Assembly: GCA_963845755.1 (NCBI GenBank)
Contig: CAWJTV010000033.1
Span: forward strand, 64,001-128,000
DNA from: an uncultured Planctomycetota bacterium
GTDB taxonomy: Bacteria; Planctomycetota; Planctomycetia; Isosphaerales; Isosphaeraceae
DNA length: 64,000 nt
Direction of reading: 5' to 3'
In this document: positions 40,602 to 50,974 of the stretch, in pieces
Layout: each line of letters opens with the position of its first letter
How positions within the stretch are numbered: the first letter of the stretch is position 1
Notes under the pieces: model-generated
The model's database searches: none
What the model was told of the DNA's origin: nothing
What the model saw: only the letters and a program-made list of their open reading frames with translations
Translations under genes and position numbers: made by a program

Positions 40602-43600
40602 TTAAGGAGCACTCTTGACCGAGACGGTCAGTTCAGAGGCGCTCATGATCGGCCGGCCCTCGACCTCGGAGAGACCTCGAAGCTGGACGTACCGGGCAGT
40701 CGGCGTGGGGAGGGCGGCATATTTGAACGTCGGGTCGTTCTCCCAACGCCCCCGGGCGAGCGGTTCGCTCCAGGTCTTGCCGTCTTGCGAAACGCGGATC
40801 TCGAAGTCCCGGACGCGTCCATTGGACGACTCCTGTCGCGGGACGTAGAGGAGCCCTTCGACCGCCTGCGGCAGCGCCGAGGTCGAACATTCAGCTCGTG
40901 GGGGTAGCCCGGAGTGGCGCCGACGAATTCGGTGTGCCAGATCGTGTTCAGATCGCCGTCGCTGGCCAGGGCCGGCTCGTAACCGGGGGAGTAGCTGTCG
41001 GCCGAGAATCGCTCGTGGCTCTCCTGGGCGGCGGCAAGTGAAGCCTCGCGGATCCACGCGAGGATCGCGCGATAGGCGGGATGTTCGGTGCTGTCCCATC
41101 TTGGACCGCCGACATGGGTCAAGCCTGTCGGGCTGTCCGGATCGGACCCGCCCTGGCCTTGCGGACTCCGCGGTTTGCGGAGCAGCAGGCTGGATTCGGG
41201 TTCGCCCAGGTTCACGACCTTCAGCGCGGAGTTGTAATTGACCATCAGCGGATCTTCGCCCGAGGCGCGCGCGTCGGGCCCGGCGATGCGAAGGACCGTG
41301 TGGTTTCCGTGACAATCGACACAGGAGTGTCCGTCCTCGCCCGCCTGGTAGAAGAGCGGGTTGACCGACCGCCGGAAGGTCGAGAGGCTCAGGAGCCGAG
41401 GCCGGGCGAGGCGGGCATCGGCGTTGATCGACGCGGGGTTGATTCCAGAGGAAGAGAGGGCGAATCGGGCCCCCGGCCCCAGCACGGGGTCGGCCACCAG
41501 TACCTTGACTCGCCGAGCCAGGGTTGGATCGGAACGCAGCAGGGAGGGCCGCGCAACGATCGCCAGAGCATCCCTGCGGACGAGCCGATCAGGATCGATC
41601 AAGAGACGCTTGAGGTATTCGCGCGCGTCGGCTCGTTCCCAGAAGCCGGATTTCGTTGAAGCGAACTTCAGCCCCAAGAGCCGCATGGCCGGCGCGTCGT
41701 CGGCCAGGGCCGCGAACAGGATTGACGTCGAACCCTTGCTTTCCCGAAGAGCCGGTACCGACTGCACCCCGCGCAGGGTGAGGTCCCGGACCGCGGCAGA
41801 GGGGTCCGTCACCCCGGAACGGAGGACTTGCATGACCTGCTCCCGCGGGTTGATCACGTCCACCAGCGCCGGGCGGGCCAGCAACACCTCGATCGCTTGC
41901 AATCGCTGGGGCTGCGCCAGCCGCGGCCAGGAATGCAGGATGATCGAGAGGATCTCGGCGTCGTGGACCGACGGCCAGCGCAGGATCGGCAGCAAGGCCG
42001 GAGCGGCCTCTCCCCGGTTCATCAGCCGGCGGATCGCCGTCATGATCTCGGGCCGATTGGCCAACCGCTCGTTCCGTCCGATCGCTTGCAGGATCGCCTC
42101 CAGGTCCGCCGGGCTCCCTTCCATCGCCGAGGCGATCAGCTCGATTCGCGCCGGATCCGCCTCGGCACCGGCGAGGTCCAGCTCGCGGGCGACCACCGTG
42201 CGCACCGCGGCCCGCACGCTCTCATCCGGGTCGCGGAGACGATGTAGCAGTGCGATCTGGAAGCCAGCGTTTCGCGTCTGTGCCGGAATCCGGAAGAAGC
42301 TGGCGAGCTGGATGGCCTGCCGGCGCGACACAGCCGGCAGATCGGCCGCCAGCAACGGGATGAACGTCGCTTCCAGCTCCTCGATCTTCGGCTCATCAAG
42401 GAACCCGAACTCGCGGTCATTGCCGACGTCGATCATTCCCGTGGGCTGGCGAGCATAGGACCGCCCCTTGAAGAACGATCCGTCGAACGCCGCGAGCACG
42501 CCGGCGCGCTGGAGGTTGTCGCCATTCCTCAGCGCAGCCAGGATGGGCGTCAAGAGTACGTCGCGTTCGAAGGCCTTGCGCGCCTCGAGGATTCCGGCGC
42601 GCATCGCTTCGGGCAACTCCGTGATGTTCTTCTGAAGACTGACCCCGCCCCCAAGGTTCTCATCGAGCATGATGTAGAGACCCTCGCTGAGGTTCTTCCT
42701 CATGACGGGCTCGTCCCAGAAGGACATCAGTTGGAGGTACATCTCCACGATCCGCCGCGCGAAGCGAGGGTCCTTCGTACGGTAGAACCACTGGCGCAAG
42801 GTCCGGATCTCCTGGAGACCCGTCCAGAAGTCGTTATCGGGGACCGGCGAGAAGAAGGGTTCGGCCAGCTCGAGGTGCTCGTCCATCCCGTGAAACTGAT
42901 ACGCGAAGATTCGCGTCGCCCCGCGGCGAATCCTCGGGGCCCGACTTTGAAGCGCCGCGAGGATCGCAGTGTGACCGATTCCCTGGTTTCCCAGCCGCCG
43001 CAGGGCCCACGCCGCCGCTCGCCAGACGACCTTGGATGGGTCGGGAAGGAGGTGCACCAACGGAGCCACCGAATCCGTCCCACCGATCCGACCCAGGCAG
43101 GCCGCCGCCGTGGCGCGGACGATCGGCTCGGAGTGGCCTAGCAGGAGCACGATGGCTTTTTCGAATTCCGCCCGCTCCGGCGCGGGAACATCCCAGAGGT
43201 TCTCCAGGTCGTCGAGCGTATGGACGAGGGAATCGGTCCGTGGCAGCCGGGCCGGACCGTCATCGCGATTGCCCCAACCTCGAAGCGGGGCCTCGGGTCG
43301 GGGATACGCCTCGGCCAGGGCCATGACGGCATATCGCGTCTCGCGCATCGGCGTGCGGAAGTTCTCATGGGTCGTGGTCTGGATCCAGCCGCCAAAGTCC
43401 TGTTGCTGCGACAACAGGTAGCGCAAGCCTCTGGCCACGGCCGGATGGTCGCGCGGCAGGCCGATGCGAAGTAGCGTCCAGACGAGCTGGCCGGTAGTAT
43501 AGACCGCACTCGGGCCGGCATTGGTGTCGACCTCATGCCAGCCGCCGTCGGGATTCTGGAACTTGAGCAGCGCACCGGTCTCACGCTTGATCTTGTCGGC

Positions 43601-45163
43601 GAACTTGGCCTTGTCGATCAAACCCCAGGCATAGAGCCGATGAATCCGGTCCTGAAGGGTCTCGCTCCGGCGGTCCGTCGATCGCTCGCCGAGGATCTCC
43701 GCAATCTGCGCCGCGGCCTTCGAATAACGCTTCTGGCCCGATCGTTGGCCCAGCTCGTCGAGCACGCGCCGGTCGCGCCAGGCGAAGCCGAACTTGCTGT
43801 CCAGGGGGATCACGCCGTTGAGTTCGTCCGCGGGGAGGTCGCGCCGCGACTCCCAGGCCCGTTCCAGGAACGGCCCGAACCGCTCGACGGTCTTCGTCTC
43901 GTGCTGCGCCACCTGACGCTCGAAGTCCAGGAGGATGCCTCCCTGTTTCCCCTGGGCCTGGAGCGGGATCGCGATGAACCGCTGCCAGTAGAGTCCTTGA
44001 TTGCCATAGAGCGGCGTGATCGAGTTGTATAATCGGTCGATCACGTACTGGAAGTTGGACTTGGAGCGGATCGGATAGCCGTTGCGGTGCGCGACGAGGT
44101 TGGCCTCGGTCGAGAAGCTCGACGGATGGCAGGCCGTGCATCGCGTCGCCGTATCGTGCAAATTGTTGGATCGGACGTAGATGTTCCCCTCGCGCGGGAT
44201 CTGGGCGAACCAGGCATCGCCGACGTTGATGATGTAGTGCATCCCGGCCTCGACCGCCTGCGCCGGCTCCTCATAAGGCGGGACGGGCAACACCCGGGTC
44301 CGGAGGATGTAATCCGGATGATTGGCATTCACTTCTAAATAATAGGTCCCTTTGGAAAACGTCCGGCTGATGTGCTTGGAGTACCGCTCGCGCTCGCGGT
44401 CATGGACGATCTCCATTGGGTCCTTGCCCTGGAGGTAGGGCTCGATCCGACCGATCTTCGCGTCCGATCGGTAGGCCCGCAGGTTCGCCGAGACGTCGCG
44501 GTCGAGCAGGTCGAGCTGGAAGTAGACCAGGATTGGTTTCTCGCCGGTCACTTGGAATCGAAACCAGTCGAGGCCCGACCGGCCCTCGGTCTTGTTCTCG
44601 AGATAATCCACGTCATCGGCCGAGCCGTAGACATCGCGCCCCAGCACGAGCGGGTTGGCCTGTTGCCAGGAGTCGTTGGGCTCGGCCTCGATCGCAGGCT
44701 GGTCGGCCTTCGCGAGTGGGAGATGCGTCCACTCGATCCGGACGGGCAGCTCGATACCGGGGCCCGGCTGCCGCGAGAGGATCAGGCTCGCCCGGCCGTC
44801 GCGTTCTGCACGATACGGCAGATAGAAATCCGGATCGCCCCCATGGAGCTCCTTGCCGATGCGATCCGAGGCCGGGCCGGTGAGCTCGGCGCGCATACGC
44901 TCGAAGAGATTGAACACAACGCCTTCGAGCGTGACCAGCAAGCGATACGTCTCGCCGGCCTTCACCTCGCCGAGCGAGAAGGTGGCTTTCCGGTCGGGCG
45001 CAAGAGAAATCGATCGAATCGTCGAGCTCTCCGACGACTTCAAGTCGTCTCCAGCTCGAGCCAAGGGGGTAACCAGCATCGCCAGCCCGATCCACACGGA
45101 CAAACCGGCGAGACGTGTGACGGGCCTGATGCGCCGTTCGTTCCGGACGCCGGTCGTTGACAT
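40602..45163 (-). CDS. ~1500-aa secreted multidomain protein: EPND/PPC-like region, QW-motif alpha-barrel, two CxxCH, HEAT repeats, C-terminal F5/8 discoidin domain; indel at ~40885
   Basis: Signal peptide, EAEPNDSWQQA, RCTACH, QNPDGGW, QQDFGGW, HEAT-like repeats, SCVDCH, DGDLNTIWHT; the second frame gives GLLYVPRQ..NGRVRDFEIRVSQDG..ARYVQL. Confidence 0.8.
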
Positions 45164-45248
45164 CGTGCGGTTCCCTCTTGATGCTTCCACGGGCGGAGGC
45201 TGTCGCCCTCGCCACTCTGCTTGAGGGCGTCTCAGGCGGATCGTATCC

Positions 45249-45920
45249 GTGAAGGCTGTATTCTATCGCCAATCCAGCTTGGTGTTCAAACACGGCGCAC
45301 CGAATACGCGCTCACCCAAGAAGACCTCGAGGCGGACGTCAGCAGCCTCAAGGAGTTCCTCGGCGGACCATTGTGCACTCCGCCATCAACTCCACTGTGA
45401 ATGGGCACCCTTGGCGTTTCGACTGCGAGTCAGCCGCCTTCCTCGCGGCCGTAGGACAGATCCATTACGATCTGGCGTTCGGCTCCGCATCCCGGGGCCT
45501 TCCCCAACAAGTTTTCCAGCCCTTCCGCTTACGCCGAAGAATCCACCTGCGACGGCGCCACGATTACCCGTCGCAATCCGCATCCGGCCACGCATTTGCA
45601 GATCAAAATGCTCTGTCGTCTCCATCGCCTATCAGACCGGATACTTCTCCCACCCAGTAGATCCGCGGAGCACCGCATCATGAGCGTCCTCGACCATCTC
45701 TACAGCCTCGAGATCGAATCCCATCGCCGATTCAGGGAGGAGGCGATCAACGCCGTCGAAGCCTGGAGCATCCACACCAGCTACGCCCTGCAACACGGCT
45801 ATGAACTGCTCCTGCGGACGGTCGGGACCGTCGATTCGGCAGAGCTCGTGAAGGCGAAAGACCGGATGATGGGAATGAGCGATCCCCGCGATGTGCAGTC
45901 GGCTTTCCAATCACTTCGGC
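45249..45920 (+). pseudogene. Degenerate remains of one or two unidentified coupled ORFs, truncated by IS630
   Basis: ATGA overlap at 45680-45683. MSVLDHLYSLEIESHRRFREEAINAVEAWS... reads like protein until the IS630 junction. Confidence 0.35.
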
Positions 45921-45921
45921 A

Positions 45922-46930
45922 GCGCGAGCATCGTCGATCTTCATTTGCCAATCCACGCCGCGCTGGGTGCTGTTGACATCGGATGACCAAGCGGGTATCC
46001 GCTCGCAGGGTGGGAACATAGACGAAGAGGCGACCGGACACGCACTGGCGTGTCAGGGAGAATAGCTCATTCTCGGCGATATTCAGCGAGCTACCGTGCT
46101 TGGGAGTGTAACAGAACTAGATGCGGAAGACCGACTAGTGCGAAGGGCGGGTGCAAAACTCTCGTAGAATGTGACTTTGGTGTGCGTGTTCAAGTTGTCG
46201 CACACGACGATCACGTGCTCGGCGTAGGCGTAACGGCCTTACATCAGTAGAGCTATCTCGATCGCCCAGTATACCTTGGTTTTCGTCTCGCGAACGGCTA
46301 CCTCGCGCCAAGCAGCGAGTGGTTCGGTGAACATGAAGATGTTCGCTGTCCAGAGAGCTCGTACTCATAGTGAACGCGCGGGCCGTGTCGGAGGGTGGAG
46401 GGGATGGGCACGCGGGTATACTTCAGAAACTGTAACGGTTGCTCGTATATGCACAGCACCGGACGAGTGGGATTATAAGATATCGCGTAGGTCTCAGCAC
46501 TTCCTCCATGTTGGCTACGAACTCGCGTCGGCCTTGGCCGGGATGACCCAGTACTCGAGCTTGCGGTTGGTCATGCCGTTTTTTTTAGCGTACGCCGCAC
46601 GGTTTAGTAACTCACGGACTCGACGATCCCCAACTCCACGACCTCGCGCGCGAGCAGGCGCAATGTACAGTTGGCATAGCTCGGGGGAGGCGATCTCAGT
46701 CGCGTGGCAATGATCCGAGCTTCCTGCTCCCCGCTGAGCAACTTCTCGACCGGTGGTGTCTCACGCTTACTGCGGTCTAGCGCTTCGCCAAAGCCTCGCT
46801 CCACGAGACGCTGACGGATGTTCTCCACGCTCTTGGTTCGGCATCCGAATGCCTCGGCGATCTGCTGGTAGGTACAGTTTGAGCCGTCCGCGTACGCCTT
46901 GAGCAAGATCTGGGCACGCCGTAACTTATC
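45922..46930 (-). mobile_element. Decayed IS630-family transposase remnant
   Basis: RRAQILLKA..IAEAFGC..VENIRQRLVE..LRLLAREVVELGIVESVS, an A8 run at the orfA/orfB junction (46579-46586), YWVIP..EFVANMEEVL, and C-terminal AWSSDVNSTQRGVDWQMKIDDAR; internal stops. Confidence 0.85.
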
Positions 46931-47940
46931 CGGTGCGGGAGCCGTCGTCGCCGACGTCACCGCAGCCACGTGGTGCTTCTGACGCTCAACAGCCACATAC
47001 GGGTCCATGCCGAGCTGCTCCAGTCCCGCCACCGCTTTCGCGCTGAAATAGCCCGTGTCCGCCGTGTTCGGAATCGGCGTCGGGGTCCCGTCGCTGGCCA
47101 TCGGCCGCGGGATCCCAGCCGCCTCCAGATTGTTTAAGGCTGCTTGCGCCATCGGCACCGCCTGTTCCTTGTCGTTGGACGCGCGAGGTCACGTCCGGAG
47201 GCGACGATGATCTGGTACGCGCCATCCACCACCGCCTGGGCGTTGTACGAATAATCGAACCCCTTGTTGCTCTGCTTCATGATCTTCGCTTCGGGGTCGG
47301 TGAAGTTCATTTGCGCCTTCTCCTCGGGACTCGGATCGATCGGAGCCGGTGGCTTGCCCCGGCGTTTGCGGCCGTCCGCTTCCCGCTGGGCTTGGGCCTG
47401 ATCCCGGCGGCGTTGTTCTTCGTCCGCCCGGGCAGCCGCCTCGGCTTCCAGCCGCGCTTTCGCCTCGCGAATCTTGGCCAACCGATCGTCACGCCGCTTC
47501 AATTCCGCCGGCAGTTCGTCGCCGCGACGGCTCCCCAACGCCGCATCTTGCTCGGCGTCGAGCTGCTCAGCTTCCTGGAGCATTTGCTCGATCTCGGCCT
47601 TCAGCCGTTCGATTTCCTTCCCCATGTAGCCGTAGCTCATCGCCTTGTGCCGCGAGGCGTTGGCCCCCATCTTGGTCCCGTCGGTGGACAGGTTCCCCAA
47701 CTTGACCATCCCCAACTCGCCCGCGATGCGCAGCACCTCAAGGAACAGGGGCCGCAGTGCCGCCAGGTGGATCTTGCGAAAATCGCTGATAGTGCGGAAG
47801 TCGGGCCGATCGATACCGACAATGGCTCGGAACGCCAGATTGCGCTCACAGGCGGCGGCGATCTTCCGGCTGGAGCGGACACCGATGCAGTAGGCATAGA
47901 CCAGCAGCGTCACCATCATGGTCACGTCGAAGGGGGCTAG
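46930..47940 (-). mobile_element. IS1182-family transposase fragment truncated at both ends
   Basis: MMVTLLVYAYCIGVRSSRKI, PDFRTISDFR, DGTKMGANAS, NFTDPEAKIM, YNAQAVVD, ADTGYFS. Confidence 0.88.
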
Positions 47941-47969
47941 TCATCCTCGATTGATTCGAGGCTCCGCCG

Positions 47970-48311
47970 TCACCGCTTCCCGGATAGCAGTTCGTTGCCG
48001 CCAGCGGTATATGCGGGCGGCACGTAGACATTGAGCGTGCGCAGCGGCTCTCGGCCCGTATTGCGGATCTCGTGCGTTTCACCCCGCTGGATGAGGACGA
48101 GCGTCCCTTCCCGCAGCTCCACGCGCTTTCCCTCGACCACGGCCATGCCTTCTCCGCTGACGACGAAGAGCCATTGGTCGGTGCCACGGTGGCGGTTGTC
48201 CGGGCCGCCCTCGGTCTCGCCGGGCCCAAGCGTCATCTGGGCGGCCTGCGAGTGATCGTCCCCGAGGACGACGCGGAAACCTTTGCCGAATTGCAGGTGC
48301 TTGTGTTGCAT
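47970..48311 (-). CDS. Cupin domain protein
   Basis: EGGPDNRHRGTDQWLFVVSGEG and GETHEIRNTGREPLRTLNVYVPPAY. Confidence 0.88.
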   Translation of the reverse strand: MQHKHLQFGKGFRVVLGDDHSQAAQMTLGPGETEGGPDNRHRGTDQWLFVVSGEGMAVVEGKRVELREGTLVLIQRGETHEIRNTGREPLRTLNVYVPPAYTAGGNELLSGKR

Positions 48312-48345
48312 GGTGCAATGGTCGATTTGGAAGCGTTGATCCGGA

Positions 48346-48603
48346 CTATCGGGACACCTTGCCTCGCGGTTTCCGCCTCGGCTTCGCCGGGGCGTCTGCG
48401 ACGCCGGTCTTTTCCCGCAGTTCATCGATCTTCATCGACGCCTCGGCCTTGGTCAAATCGTCCCCGACCGCTTCACCGGCCTTGCGGGCGAGCGTGTGGA
48501 GGTAGGAATCTTGTGCGCCGGTCATCGGCTCTTCGCCGGTGGTCCATTCGCTCGGGTCCTTGATCGTTCCGTTGTCGTTGTCGGGAATACCTAGGTCGCT
48601 CAT
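48346..48603 (-). CDS. DUF3072 domain protein
   Basis: KDPSEWTTGEEPMTGAQDSYLHTL...LTKAEASMKIDEL. Confidence 0.85.
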   Translation of the reverse strand: MSDLGIPDNDNGTIKDPSEWTTGEEPMTGAQDSYLHTLARKAGEAVGDDLTKAEASMKIDELREKTGVADAPAKPRRKPRGKVSR

Positions 48604-48688
48604 CGTGATGGCCTCGCTAATCGGCTCCAGGCACGCCGAGACCCGCTTCCGTGAGGCGGACAACCTCGGCATGCGTGGACAGAATTAC

Positions 48689-48704
48689 AGCAAAGCGCGT
48701 GCCG
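48689..48704 (-). promoter_or_regulatory. Sigma54-type -24/-12 promoter (CGGCACGCGCTTTGCT)
   Basis: GG-N10-GC with GGCACG and TTGC, 86 nt upstream of the DUF3072 ATG on the same strand. Confidence 0.65.
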
Positions 48705-48876
48705 GAAATCGGGCGAATGATCGACCGGAAACAGGCCAAGAATCACTCGGTTTTTCGGCCCATGAGAACGTCCAGAATACCGAACCAACTCCAGCCTGGG
48801 AACGTATTTAGAGAAGGAAACGAGAGGTGACATAGAGGCGGCCGGGACGGCCGATTTCGATCGAGGAGCGAGTACC

Positions 48877-49137
48877 ATGAGGCGGCTTGAAAACTACGTC
48901 CGAAAATACGGTCCCGAGTTCGGCCCGAAGCTCTACCATGCGCTCCAGAGCCAGGCCGCGCATGCGGGTGTGAGCGCCCGGCTTCGTCGGAAGATCGACG
49001 TCCTTTCGGGGAAGGCTCCCGGTGCCCCGCAACCGCAAGCCGGCGAATCCCTGCCGCTCTTCCCGGAGGCGGTCTTCAAGGAGACCGAGCAGGTATCGGA
49101 ATCCGTGCATGCCGAGCTTTTGGCGAGCGTCGCATAA
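48877..49137 (+). CDS. Hypothetical 86-aa protein
   Basis: RBS GAGGAG and ATG, a non-repetitive ORF, and a downstream hairpin. Confidence 0.6.
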   Translation: MRRLENYVRKYGPEFGPKLYHALQSQAAHAGVSARLRRKIDVLSGKAPGAPQPQAGESLPLFPEAVFKETEQVSESVHAELLASVA

Positions 49138-49166
49138 GTCGTGTCTCGTGCATCAACGCCGATTCG

Positions 49167-49207
49167 TGAAACAACCCCGCGGCCAGGGAGGGCCCGGGGT
49201 TTCTTCG
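49167..49207. terminator. Hairpin between convergent genes, possible bidirectional terminator
   Basis: AACCCCG(C)GGCC-loop-GGCCCGGGGTT followed by TCTT. Confidence 0.5.
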
Positions 49208-49224
49208 TGCGCCCGGCATACGGA

Positions 49225-49479
49225 TCAAGCCAGCAGGGAGTCCTGCCTGCCCTCGCTCTCAGGCGCGTAGAGGTCGTCGCAGCCGCCGACATGCGTGTCG
49301 CCGATGAAGATCTGCGGGACGGTCTGACGGCCGCCGGCGCGACCGACCATCTCATCGCGGAGGGCGTCGTTGGCGGAGATCTCCACCTCGGTGAACGCTG
49401 CGCCCTTGCGGGCGAGCCGCGTTTTCGCGCGGGTGCAGTAGCCGCACCAGTTCCTGGTATAGATGACCACGTCCTTCAT
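49225..49479 (-). CDS. grxC: Glutaredoxin 3-like protein
   Basis: WCGYC active site and TVPQIFIGDTHVGGCDDL. Confidence 0.88.
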   Translation of the reverse strand: MKDVVIYTRNWCGYCTRAKTRLARKGAAFTEVEISANDALRDEMVGRAGGRQTVPQIFIGDTHVGGCDDLYAPESEGRQDSLLA

Positions 49480-49491
49480 GGCTGGCTTGCG

Positions 49492-50400
49492 TCAAGGCAA
49501 GTGGTGGCCGCCGGTCACCCCGTAGACTTCCGCCGTCACGTAGCTCGACTCCTGAGAGGCGAGGAAGACGTAGACGGATGCCAGTTCCGCCGGCTGGCCT
49601 GGGCGACCCAAAGGTGTGTTCTCGCCGAAGTGCGGGATCTTCTCGGGCGGCTGGCCGCCGCTCGGCTGGAGGGGCGTCCAGATCGGTCCGGGAGCCACGG
49701 CGTTGACGCGGATGCCCTTCTCAGCGACCTGCTTGGCCAGGGCTTTGGTGAACGCGACGATGGCGGCCTTTGTCGAGGAGTAATCGAGGAGTTGCTTCGA
49801 GGGCTGATAGGCCACGATCGAGGCCGTATTGATGATCGTCGCGCCAGCCGGCATATGCGGCAATGCGGCCTTGCACAGCCAGAACATGGCATAGACGTTC
49901 GTCTTGAAGGTTTCGTCGAATTGCTCGGTGGTGAGGTCGGTGATGTCATCGCAGGCGATCTGATGCCCCGCAACATTCACCAGGATGTCGAGGCCGCCCA
50001 GGCCTTTCCTGGCGTCCTCGACGAGCTTTTTGCAGAACGCCTCATCCTGAATGTCGCCGGGGAGGGGAACAGCCTTGGTGCCCGACTTCTCGATGAGGGC
50101 GATTACTTCCTTGGCGTCCGGCCTCTCGGAGAGAAGGTAATTCAAAGCGATGTCGGCGCCCTCGCGGGCGAATGCGATGGCAGCCGCGCGGCCGATGCCC
50201 GAGTCCGCCCCAGTGATCAGGGCCTTGCGGCCCTTGAGGCGTCCGAATCCCTGATAGCTCTCCTCGCCGTGATCGGGCTTCGGGTCCATTTCGCGGGCCA
50301 ATCCCGGCGGCGATTGGGTCTGATCGGGGAACTCCGGCCTGGGGTATTGCCGGGTCGGGTCCTGCATCTCGTATTGATTCTTGGACGACTTGACTTTCAT
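49492..50400 (-). CDS. SDR oxidoreductase (YghA/general stress protein 39 type)
   Basis: [47 protein letters not shown]. Confidence 0.92.
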   Translation of the reverse strand: MKVKSSKNQYEMQDPTRQYPRPEFPDQTQSPPGLAREMDPKPDHGEESYQGFGRLKGRKALITGADSGIGRAAAIAFAREGADIALNYLLSERPDAKEVIALIEKSGTKAVPLPGDIQDEAFCKKLVEDARKGLGGLDILVNVAGHQIACDDITDLTTEQFDETFKTNVYAMFWLCKAALPHMPAGATIINTASIVAYQPSKQLLDYSSTKAAIVAFTKALAKQVAEKGIRVNAVAPGPIWTPLQPSGGQPPEKIPHFGENTPLGRPGQPAELASVYVFLASQESSYVTAEVYGVTGGHHLP

Positions 50401-50497
50401 CGCTCGATAGTCCTGCGGTGTATCGCCAATCAACTTACATATACCTGACGCCGATGGCCGGGCTCTGGGCCTGCCCGGCCTCCGGTGTCTGGTTTTC

Positions 50498-50815
50498 TCA
50501 AGAGCCGGCCTTGGCCGCCTGATTCCGCTTGCGGGTGGCTGCGGCCTTTTTCGCCGAAGCGGACCGTTCGGCCGCGCTTCGGGACGATGAGGCAGCACCG
50601 CCCTTCTTTCCGCCCTTCTGACTCGAGACGTGTGACTCCGGCTTGCCGCGCCCGCTGCCCGACTTCTCGCCGCCGCCGGACTCCTTATTGACCGTCGCCC
50701 AGGCCCGGCTCTTGGCTTCCTTCTCCGAGGTACCGCGGTTCTCGTAGCTTTCGGCGATGTGTTCGGCCTTGCGTTTCTGCTTGTCGCTGTATTTGGACTT
50801 GTCGCCGCGAGGCAT
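50498..50815 (-). CDS. Small basic stress-associated protein (MPRGDK... type, often labelled plasmid stabilization/DNA-binding protein)
   Basis: [28 protein letters not shown]...RAWATVNK...GGKKGG...[12 protein letters not shown]. Confidence 0.85.
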   Translation of the reverse strand: MPRGDKSKYSDKQKRKAEHIAESYENRGTSEKEAKSRAWATVNKESGGGEKSGSGRGKPESHVSSQKGGKKGGAASSSRSAAERSASAKKAAATRKRNQAAKAGS

Positions 50816-50871
50816 GGTTCTGACTCCAAATCTCGCCTGGGAAGTTGGAAGGTTCCGGCTAACATCGGGGA

Positions 50872-50887
50872 TGCAAACGGAATGCCG
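50872..50887 (-). promoter_or_regulatory. Sigma54-type -24/-12 promoter (CGGCATTCCGTTTGCA)
   Basis: GG-N10-GC with TTGCA, 57 nt upstream of the MPRGDK ATG on the same strand. Confidence 0.6.
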
Positions 50888-50974
50888 GTTGCTAGGGAAA
50901 GGCCAATCAACGCCGAAGGCTGCGACCATGTTGCTCGTCAGAAGCCGATTCGATTGAGAGAAGGAGAGTGATCG

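Noticed and set aside
40602..45163. Calling the giant protein a squalene-hopene cyclase
   Set aside because: Only two QW-type motifs, no DxDD motif, a signal peptide and unrelated flanking domains.
46604..47158. 184-aa ORF as a novel transposase
   Set aside because: An in-frame chimera of an IS1182 fragment and an IS630 orfA fragment at a deletion or insertion junction.
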